Positions 1 through 6,978 of a stretch of 43,607 bases of DNA are shown piece by piece. The stretch is taken from contig JADHWK010000017.1 in assembly GCA_016783505.1 (NCBI GenBank), forward strand, positions 1 to 43,607. The letters are read 5' to 3'. Numbering within the stretch: position 1 is the first letter of the stretch; every line of letters starts with the position of its first letter. The stretch comes from Candidatus Zhuqueibacterota bacterium (GTDB taxonomy: Bacteria > BS750m-G25). The translations under genes were made by a program, and so were the position numbers. The notes beneath the pieces are model-generated. The model was not told the DNA's origin and did no database searches. It saw only the letters and a list, made by a program, of their open reading frames with translations.

Positions 1-845
1 CCAGCTTCAATTCGGTGGCGCCGTAGATGGTGGCCATGGCGATCACCGTCTGCACCCCATCGTTGTAGATCAGAAAGGCGATCAGGAATTTCACCATCTC
101 CTTAAAATCCCCGATCTTCCTTAAGGTTTTGAAAAGGGTCGAAAATCCTAAAGATACATAATTCTTACCATCTGGTAATGTCACCGAATTTCTGCGCTCC
201 CGGACGAAGAGAAAAATGGGAATGGCAAAGACCGCCCACCACAGCCCCACGGTGGCAAAGCTGGCCCGGGTCCCCATCGCCTTGGTGGAAAACCCGAACC
301 ACTGGTATTTGGTAATCATTACTAAATTAATAACCAGCAGGAGGCCGCCGCCCAGATAACCGTAGGCGAACCCTTTTCCCGAAACCCAGTCAATTTCCTT
401 TTCGGTGGTGATGTGCCGCAAAAAGGCGTTGTAAAAGACATTCCCCCCGGCAAACCCAATGTTACCAAGGGCGAAGAAGACCATTGCCATCCAGTAATCC
501 CCGGTTTGGACGAAGAAAAGGAGGCCGGTGAATAGACAACCCAGGTAACAATAGACAAACAGAAATCTCTTTTTGGAATTGGAAAAATCGGCAATGGATC
601 CCAGCACCGGAGCGGAGAAGGCCACCAGCAGCATGGATAGGGAAACGGTGTAGGCCCACAGGGAGCTGGCGGCGGTGGTAAACTTTAGACCAAACAGGTG
701 GATGGGAACCCCGTTGGCGGGAACGATGGAGGCAAAATAGATGGGCAGGACCGCGGCTAAAATGGTGGTGGCAAAGGCTGAGTTGGCAAAATCATACATC
801 ACCCAGCCGAATATCTCTTTTTTCTTTTTTGGGTCCATTTTCATA
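1..845 (-). CDS. MFS transporter, UMF1/Atg22-like family (the C-terminal part runs off the window edge)
   Basis: Minus-strand translation from the ATG at 843-845 gives MKMDPKKKKEIFGWVMYDFANSAFATTILAAVLPIYF... followed by several hydrophobic helices. The WVMYDFANSAF N-terminal motif is typical of UMF1-family MFS proteins. The ORF is open to the window edge. Confidence 0.75.
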
Positions 846-855
846 AAAATTCGGT

Positions 856-1752
856 TTACAAATCCCGGTTAAAATAATCTTCCGCATTGAACGAACTGCG
901 GGCAAAGGGGGCCGAGAAAACATATTCGAACCCCAATTCATAACCCTTGCGGGCATATTCCTCGAAAAGTTCGGGATGAATGTATTCGGAGACAGGAAGA
1001 TTTACCCTGGTAGGCTGGAGGTATTGGCCGATGGTTAAAATGTCACATCCCACCGATCTTAAATCTTTCATCAGTTCGAAGATCTCAGAGGGGCTTTCCC
1101 CCAACCCCACCATGGCACCGGATTTGATCTTGATCCCTGGGAACAGCCTTTTAGCCTGGGCCAGAATCTTAAGGGAGCGGTCATATTGGGCCTGGGGCCT
1201 GACGGCGGGATAAAGTCTTTTAACTGTTTCCAAATTATGATTAAAAATGTCGGGCTTTTCATTCAACACCGTCCCCAAGGCATCCATCGAACCCATAAAG
1301 TCCGGGGTCAGCACCTCCACGGTGGCCCGGGTAAGAAATCGTCTGATCTGTCGAATGGTACACGCAAATTGCTCCGCTCCCCCATCGGGGAGGTCGTCCC
1401 GGGTTACGGAAGTAATGATGACGTGCTTTAATCCCAGCCCCCGGGCCGTCTCGGCCACCCGTCGGGGCTCATTGGGGTCCAAGGCTCCGGGGGAACCGTG
1501 CTCAACCCCACAGAAGCGGCAGGCCCGTGTGCAGAGATCCCCTAAGATCATGAAGGTGGCGGTGGGTTTGGCAAAGCACTCCCCGATGTTGGGACAGCGG
1601 GCGCTCTCACAGACCGTGTGCAGATTTTGCCGGTGCAGAATTTCCCGCATCCGTCTCATCCCACTGGGGGCGGGTATCCTCTTCTTCAGCCACGGCGGCT
1701 TTCTATTAAGTTTCTTCATCCTTCTATGGTTAATGCCAAAAATTTCTGTCAT
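856..1752 (-). CDS. lipA: lipoyl synthase
   Basis: 298-aa ORF with the radical-SAM CxxxCxxC cluster (CTRACRFC) and a second N-terminal Cys cluster ([12 protein letters not shown]). It has the typical LipA length and KPPWLK N-terminal motif. The true start is probably the internal Met at about 1719 ([13 protein letters not shown]). Confidence 0.9.
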   Translation of the reverse strand: MTEIFGINHRRMKKLNRKPPWLKKRIPAPSGMRRMREILHRQNLHTVCESARCPNIGECFAKPTATFMILGDLCTRACRFCGVEHGSPGALDPNEPRRVAETARGLGLKHVIITSVTRDDLPDGGAEQFACTIRQIRRFLTRATVEVLTPDFMGSMDALGTVLNEKPDIFNHNLETVKRLYPAVRPQAQYDRSLKILAQAKRLFPGIKIKSGAMVGLGESPSEIFELMKDLRSVGCDILTIGQYLQPTRVNLPVSEYIHPELFEEYARKGYELGFEYVFSAPFARSSFNAEDYFNRDL

Positions 1753-1854
1753 GAGTATACCTTAATGATGATGACTTGGAACAATGAATTAACATAATAA
1801 AAATAGACTTAAAAGTCAACAAGAAATACAGAAATCTTAAAAATAATCAGTATA

Positions 1855-1876
1855 GAACCGCTCTAAAGAGCGGTTC
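1855..1876. promoter_or_regulatory. Inverted repeat with perfect 10-bp arms (GAACCGCTCT-AA-AGAGCGGTTC) in the divergent lipA/mpl intergenic region; candidate operator or RNA hairpin
   Basis: The perfect palindrome is read directly from the sequence. It lies between divergently transcribed genes and has no adjacent T-run on either strand, so it is not an obvious terminator. Confidence 0.3.
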
Positions 1877-2139
1877 TGGCTAACTAACTGTTTAACAAAA
1901 CATTAACGAGTCCGCCGAGCCCGGTCCCAAGATCGCTTTGCGACTAGGGCAGGAGGCTACGCTCAATCATATCCCGATAGTTTGGTGTAGGTTCTGTACA
2001 TTAGCAACGTTCATTAGTTGTGCCACTTGCCCTTCCTGATTAACTCCAAAGGATTAACCTGAGAAAATAGGGGACATTCTGGTACAATCAAAAAAAAGTC
2101 CTTGCAAAAAAAAAATCAAATCAGTATATTAGACATCAT

Positions 2140-3609
2140 TTGAAATTTTCCTTCAAAAGGTATTATATGGAAAAAGGCAAACCCTTCGTTGGAATTACAG
2201 GAAAAGCCGTCCGCTCGATCTACTTTATCGGCATCTGCGGCACCGCCATGGCTTCGGTAGCCACCCATCTCAAATCCCAGGGGTTTCAGGTTGCCGGATC
2301 TGATGAGAACGTCTATCCCCCCATGGACGCCTTTTTAGCCGCCCACGAGATCGTTCCCTTTCAGGGGTATGACGAGGCCCACCTCGACCCACCGCCGGAT
2401 CTGGTGGTCATTGGCAATGCCCTCTCCCGGGGAAACCCAGAGGTGGAAAGGGTTTTAGAACGCAAATATCCTTACACCTCCCTTCCCGATCTGATAAGGG
2501 ACTTCTTCATTCGGGGGAAAAGATCCATTGTTATTGCCGGCACCCACGGAAAGACGACCATCTCCTCGCTTTTGGCCTGGATATTGAAAACGGCGGGGAA
2601 GGACCCTAGTTTCATGATCGGCGGCATCCCCATGAATCTTAATACCGGTTTCCGGATTGGCAAGGGGACTGACTTCGTCATTGAAGGGGACGAATACGAC
2701 ACCGCCTTCTTCGACAAGACCGCCAAATTCCTCCATTACCTGCCGGACATCGTGGTTATAAACAACATAGAATTTGACCACGCCGACATCTACGAGAATC
2801 TGGACCAGGTGATTTTAGCCTTCAAACGCTTGATCAACCTTATTCCCCGGAACGGTCTTTTGATCGCCAACGGAGACGACCCCATCGTTAAGAACCTCAT
2901 TCCACTGGCCTTCTGCCCGGTGGAAAGTTATGGGTTGGGGACAAAATACCCGTGGCTTGTCGGGAACATCGAACATAGAGGGGAAATAACTACTTTTTCC
3001 GTAACTAGGCGGGGGAAACCCTGGGGGGCTTTTGAAACCCATCTACTGGGGAACTACAACGTCACCAACGCCTTAGCGGCCTTGGTCATTGCCGACCATT
3101 TGGGAATTGATCTACCAGCTATCCAGGAGGCCTTAAAAACCTACCAAGGGGTTAAAAGAAGGCTGGAGGTTCGGGGGGAGGTAAACGGGATTACCGTCTA
3201 CGACGACTTCGCCCATCATCCCACCTCGGTGAGAGAAACCCTCAAAGGGTTGAGAGGGCGTTTTCCCGACCGGCGTATCTGGGCTGTCTTTGAGCCCCGC
3301 ACCAACACCACCCGGCGGAATATTTTTCAGGAGGAGTTAGCCCGGGCCTTTGTCCCTGCCGACGGGATTATCATCGCCAAACTTGATCGCCCCCATCTCC
3401 TCAAACCCGAGGAAAGGCTTTCTACGGAAAAACTTATCGAAGACCTTCGTTGCATGGGAAAAACCGCCCATTTTATTCCAGAAGTAGATGACATCGTAAC
3501 TTTTTTATCCAAAAACCTCAAAGGCCCTGACCTGGTTGTCATCCTCTCCAACGGCAAATTCGGGGACATTCATACCAAGCTGCTGGATCGTCTAAAGTGC
3601 GAAGTGTGA
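2140..3609 (+). CDS. mpl: UDP-N-acetylmuramate:L-alanyl-gamma-D-glutamyl-meso-DAP ligase (Mpl) or MurC-family Mur ligase
   Basis: 489-aa ORF. It has the N-terminal IYFIGICGTAMASVA motif (the Mpl-type HxxGICGTxM P-loop-like motif), GTHGKTT ATP-binding motif and the Mur ligase middle and C-terminal domains (DDFAHHP). The likely start is the MEKGKP Met at 2167. Confidence 0.8.
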   Translation: MKFSFKRYYMEKGKPFVGITGKAVRSIYFIGICGTAMASVATHLKSQGFQVAGSDENVYPPMDAFLAAHEIVPFQGYDEAHLDPPPDLVVIGNALSRGNPEVERVLERKYPYTSLPDLIRDFFIRGKRSIVIAGTHGKTTISSLLAWILKTAGKDPSFMIGGIPMNLNTGFRIGKGTDFVIEGDEYDTAFFDKTAKFLHYLPDIVVINNIEFDHADIYENLDQVILAFKRLINLIPRNGLLIANGDDPIVKNLIPLAFCPVESYGLGTKYPWLVGNIEHRGEITTFSVTRRGKPWGAFETHLLGNYNVTNALAALVIADHLGIDLPAIQEALKTYQGVKRRLEVRGEVNGITVYDDFAHHPTSVRETLKGLRGRFPDRRIWAVFEPRTNTTRRNIFQEELARAFVPADGIIIAKLDRPHLLKPEERLSTEKLIEDLRCMGKTAHFIPEVDDIVTFLSKNLKGPDLVVILSNGKFGDIHTKLLDRLKCEV

Positions 3610-3904
3610 AATTACCCATTCTAGCCCGAATCCCGAACCTTCGGGACTGACCGAAGGGCAGTAGAATTATAAAAGTTTGGGGCTTCAGTGAGATACCTTC
3701 GCCCTAGCGAATTTTGGAATTTCGTACTTTTTAGACTTCGAACTTCTCACTTCGCACTCCAAACTTAACACTCAAAAACTTTTAACCCAAACACAGTTAC
3801 AAACTGTGGTTAATCAGAATTTATATACCCAAGTGAAGTATACGTCTCGGAATTTTTAAGACATATTGTAGTGTTATTTAAGCATTTTCCAATATTGGTG
3901 GAAT

Positions 3905-3950
3905 GGATTATCGGATAATTATTTATCCATTTATCCACTTATCCATTTGT
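3905..3950. promoter_or_regulatory. Cluster of tandem DnaA-box-like octamers (TTATCCAT / TTATCCAC / TTATCCAT plus TTATCGGA) upstream of the suhB-like gene
   Basis: Three TTATCCA(C/T) repeats at 8-bp spacing are seen directly at 3923-3946. They resemble the DnaA box consensus TTATCCACA. No dnaA or other replication genes are nearby, so a regulatory DnaA site or other binding site is more likely than oriC. Confidence 0.25.
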
Positions 3951-3995
3951 CAATCTATTATTCCAATTAGGGCGTACCCCTAAGTTTTATAATCC

Positions 3996-4862
3996 GTGAG
4001 ATCCGTGATTAAAATTGCAAAACAAGCCGCCCGCATCGGCGGGAAAGTGCTGTTGGAACATTTAGGCAGGGTAAAGGAAGGTGAGATTGAACATAAGGGC
4101 CGCAGCGACTACGTCACCCGGGTGGACCGACGTTCGGAAGAGGCCATCATTAGTTATCTATCGGCTGAGACACCAGGCTTTTCGGTATTGGCGGAGGAAT
4201 CCGGACCACCCCAAAAGGTCGGCGATTACGTCTGGGTTATTGATCCTTTGGACGGCACCACCAACTACATCCAGGGATTTACCATGTTCGCCGTTTCCAT
4301 AGCCCTCGTCCGACGGACTACCCGAAAAGATGCCCCCCAAATTCCCGGACTGGGCCCGGTGGAGGTTCTTTTAGGGGTTATTTTTAACCCCAGCAACGGG
4401 GAAATGTATACGGCAGAAAAAGGCCAAGGGGCTTATTTAAACGGCACCCGTTTACGTATATCACAAAAGTCTGATTTTTCCCTCTGCCTTCTGGCCACCG
4501 GTTTTCCCTTCAGGGCCAAAGATTACATCAAGCCTTATCTGACCTGTTTTGAAGAATTATTCTGGGCAGCCAGTGGCATCCGTAGGGCGGGGTCGGCAGC
4601 CCTGGACCTCTGTTACACCGCCAGTGGGGTCTTCGACGGTTTCTGGGAGCTGAAGCTCTCTCCCTGGGACATGGCGGCAGGAACCTTAATGATCGAGGAG
4701 GCGGGCGGAGTAGTCACCGATTTTAATGGAGGAAAGAACCATTTCAGCTCGGGGAACATTATCGCGGCCAATCCCTTTATTCACAAAAGGATGGTAGAAA
4801 TTATCAGAAAACATTTTTATCATGAAAATAGATTTGTCCCTGTTCCCGGGACAACATCCTGA
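3996..4862 (+). CDS. suhB: inositol monophosphatase family protein (SuhB/ImpA-like)
   Basis: 288-aa ORF with the WVIDPLDGTTNY metal-binding motif and the downstream WDMAAG motif characteristic of the IMPase/SuhB family. Confidence 0.85.
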   Translation: MRSVIKIAKQAARIGGKVLLEHLGRVKEGEIEHKGRSDYVTRVDRRSEEAIISYLSAETPGFSVLAEESGPPQKVGDYVWVIDPLDGTTNYIQGFTMFAVSIALVRRTTRKDAPQIPGLGPVEVLLGVIFNPSNGEMYTAEKGQGAYLNGTRLRISQKSDFSLCLLATGFPFRAKDYIKPYLTCFEELFWAASGIRRAGSAALDLCYTASGVFDGFWELKLSPWDMAAGTLMIEEAGGVVTDFNGGKNHFSSGNIIAANPFIHKRMVEIIRKHFYHENRFVPVPGTTS

Positions 4863-5096
4863 ACTAACCGGGTTGATTTATAACCGCGAAACAGAATTTA
4901 AACCGCGAAAATTAAAGAGCAGAATTTTAAATTTATCCAATTTCGCGTTAAAAGAGCTTTCGCGGTTACAAACTATATTAGATCAGAATTCTACAGAATT
5001 TTGTTGGTTTTCGATAGAATCTCTCTATACTCGTGAGGGTGTTGTCATCCTCAATGGAGATATGAAAAAGCCTACTTTTGAGTCGGCTTTCTTAAT

Positions 5097-5273
5097 TTAT
5101 TTCTCTGAAGTTCGTTTATCTATCCTCTTATGAATAACCTTCCTCCGTCGGCGGGAGGACCTGCGTTCCTTTTTATGCTTTGTTTTTTCAATATAATAGG
5201 GAAATATCCACAAGGATACCACCAGAAATGCCGTCACCCCTGCAATGTAAACAATAACTTTCAGCAAACTCAT
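5097..5273 (-). CDS. hypothetical small membrane protein (58 aa) with one TM helix and a highly basic C-terminal tail
   Basis: Manual minus-strand translation gives MSLLKVIVYIAGVTAFLVVSLWIFPYYIEKTKHKKERRSSRRRRKVIHKRIDKRTSEK. It is not in the ORF track because it is shorter than 60 aa. There is no homology evidence. Confidence 0.3.
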   Translation of the reverse strand: MSLLKVIVYIAGVTAFLVVSLWIFPYYIEKTKHKKERRSSRRRRKVIHKRIDKRTSEK

Positions 5274-5446
5274 CGCCCGTCCCCTAAAGTTTTATAAGTG
5301 GAAATGTCCACCCTCTGATAATTTTCTGTTTAAATAGTATACGAAATAATTTCCTAATTATCAAGAAAAAAATTTACTGCGTTTAATCAGAATTAATAAC
5401 TATGCTCATCGAATTCACACTTAAAAATATTTGTAAAGAAGATGCC

Positions 5447-6433
5447 TTAGTGATGCCCAGTTGGAACGACTCTGGTTTGGAATCTGGAATAATGGATACG
5501 TCCGGCAAATGACGAAGCCCGACCGATAATTCCCTCGCCGAACCGATCCCTGAGGTGATCTACGGTCCGGTAAAGGCGGCTCGTCTTCCAGTCCCAATCC
5601 ACGGTAAAAAGATCCAACTGGTGGTGCAGGTTTTCCGGCCCGGACTTTATAAGGTGAGAGAGACACACCCCCACGAGGCGCACCATGCGACCGGGTGAGT
5701 AAATTTCATAGAATAAAGATTGCACCGTTTGGAATAATATTCCCTCATCATTGGTTAAAAATCCTAAGGTCCTCTGGTGGGTGTAGGTAGAAAAATCATC
5801 ATACCGAATTTTTAAGGTTACCGTACGCCCCTGAAGGAACCCTCCCCGCAGTCTTTTCCCCGTCTTCTCCACCAGATACCAGAGTTCTGATTCTATTTGA
5901 GTCCGGTTATTAGTATCTTCCGAAAAGGTATGTTCATGCCCCATGGATTTCTCATCCGGCCTCTCAACTTCCGTCAACACCCTCCCATCGTCCTCCCCCC
6001 GGGCCAGCTTTTGCAGGGTGCTCCCCCACTTTCCCATCCTCCTCAGGAGGCTGTCTTCGGGAAAATGGGCCAGAGCGCCTATGGTTCGGATACCCAGTCG
6101 GTCAAGGACATCCTCAACCCCGGGGCCCTCCCCGATGAGCCGGGAAATGGGTAGGGGATAAATCCTTTCCCCGAGATCCCCCTTTCGAATAACGACCAGC
6201 CCGTCCGGTTTTTCCAAGCGGGAAGCTATCTTGGCAAGGATTTTGTTGGGTCCGATCCCCACCGAAGCGGTTAGGTTCAATTCCCGACGGATATCATCTT
6301 TGAGGGTTCTGGCAATTCTTTCGGCGCCCCCGAAGATATGGACCGTATGGGTAATATCCAGAAAGGCCTCGTCAATGCTGTAGGGTTCTACCAGGGGGGT
6401 ATATTTCTGGAATATTTCCCTTAGCCGTTTCAC
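5447..6433 (-). CDS. dinB: Y-family DNA polymerase IV (DinB) homologue lacking the N-terminal ~80-90 residues
   Basis: 328-aa ORF aligns to DinB/Dpo4 from about residue 85 onward (KRLREIFQKYTPLVEPYSIDEAFLDIT matches [27 protein letters not shown]). It includes LTASVGIGPNKILAKIAS and the little-finger region. The catalytic Asp8 segment (VDMDxFFAxVE) is absent. The in-frame upstream sequence hits a stop at 6479-6481 and shows no DinB similarity. The start is a GTG. Confidence 0.75.
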   Translation of the reverse strand: MKRLREIFQKYTPLVEPYSIDEAFLDITHTVHIFGGAERIARTLKDDIRRELNLTASVGIGPNKILAKIASRLEKPDGLVVIRKGDLGERIYPLPISRLIGEGPGVEDVLDRLGIRTIGALAHFPEDSLLRRMGKWGSTLQKLARGEDDGRVLTEVERPDEKSMGHEHTFSEDTNNRTQIESELWYLVEKTGKRLRGGFLQGRTVTLKIRYDDFSTYTHQRTLGFLTNDEGILFQTVQSLFYEIYSPGRMVRLVGVCLSHLIKSGPENLHHQLDLFTVDWDWKTSRLYRTVDHLRDRFGEGIIGRASSFAGRIHYSRFQTRVVPTGHH

Positions 6434-6494
6434 GCAACATATCAGTCGGGCACTTGACCAATTTGTTAAGAAGTTGGCTTATGAAGACGGCTAG

Positions 6495-6749
6495 TTATCC
6501 CGCCAAGCAGACCCTGGTGATCCGCCAGTTCATTCCTACAGAATCGAAGCATAGCTCGAAGACATCGTCGGTTCCGCACAGGACGGCGTAATGATAGAAG
6601 CGACTAGCCCCCTCGTTAGTAACCCAGTGGCCGCTTATTTGGCTCACCTTATAGACCATCTGGTTCCACCGAAACCGCAGCGGTCTCATCTTCCCCCCCT
6701 GAGACAGGGAAATAACATCCACGGATTCGTTAATGTATTCATACCTCAT
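6495..6749 (-). CDS. hypothetical 84-aa protein encoded immediately downstream of a LexA box and upstream of dinB (possible YolD-like/UmuD-surrogate accessory protein; speculative)
   Basis: 84-aa ORF (MRYEYINESVDV...RFRWNQMVYKV...) with an ATG at 6747-6749. The other frames in this stretch do not encode a DinB N-terminus. A LexA operator lies about 25 nt upstream. Confidence 0.5.
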   Translation of the reverse strand: MRYEYINESVDVISLSQGGKMRPLRFRWNQMVYKVSQISGHWVTNEGASRFYHYAVLCGTDDVFELCFDSVGMNWRITRVCLAG

Positions 6750-6773
6750 CTTAACTCACTAAATTAATTACTG

Positions 6774-6785
6774 AACATTTGTTCA
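6774..6785. promoter_or_regulatory. LexA operator (Cheo-box type GAACATTTGTTC) upstream of the 84-aa ORF/dinB operon
   Basis: The GAAC-N4-GTTC palindrome is read directly. The extended context tactGAACAtttGTTCaaaa is nearly identical to the box upstream of lexA at 10288-10299. Confidence 0.6.
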
Positions 6786-6978
6786 AAAATGGGGCAAAAA
6801 AATAATAGGGCTTAAAATATCTATTTACAGATAACGTTAAAATGCTATAAGTAATCTCTTCATATCTATTTTCTTAATTTCATAGCTTAAAGGACTTACT
6901 CCTTTCCAAAAATCAACCACAGGCTTTACGCCTGCGGATGGCTCCGCACCCCGAGCCCTCAGGGTGCAGCTACTTCTT

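Noticed and set aside
980-1765. Several plus-strand ORFs (77-172 aa) inside lipA on the opposite strand
   Set aside because: They are antisense to a confidently identified, full-length conserved gene. This is typical GC-rich shadow ORF behaviour.
1921-1963. Shared 12-mers (GTCCCAAGATCG; GAGGCTACGCTC and its reverse complement) between the lipA/mpl intergenic region, 29870-29910 and the window end (43200-43350), suggestive of a dispersed repeat
   Set aside because: The matches are only about 12 nt and in inconsistent orientations. For a 43.6-kb window dozens of 12-mer coincidences are expected by chance, and the flanking sequence does not align.
3610-3810. Possible tRNA or other RNA gene in the hairpin-rich region downstream of mpl
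   Set aside because: There is no T-loop (GTTCGAATC-like) or cloverleaf arrangement. The hairpins (CCGAACCTTCGGG; CACAGTT-aca-AACTGTG) look like transcript 3'-end structures only.
4822-5133. 103-aa plus-strand ORF overlapping the end of the suhB-like gene
   Set aside because: It is AT-rich, with low-complexity translation and no motif. It overlaps a confident gene end and a repeat-bearing intergenic segment, so it is likely spurious.
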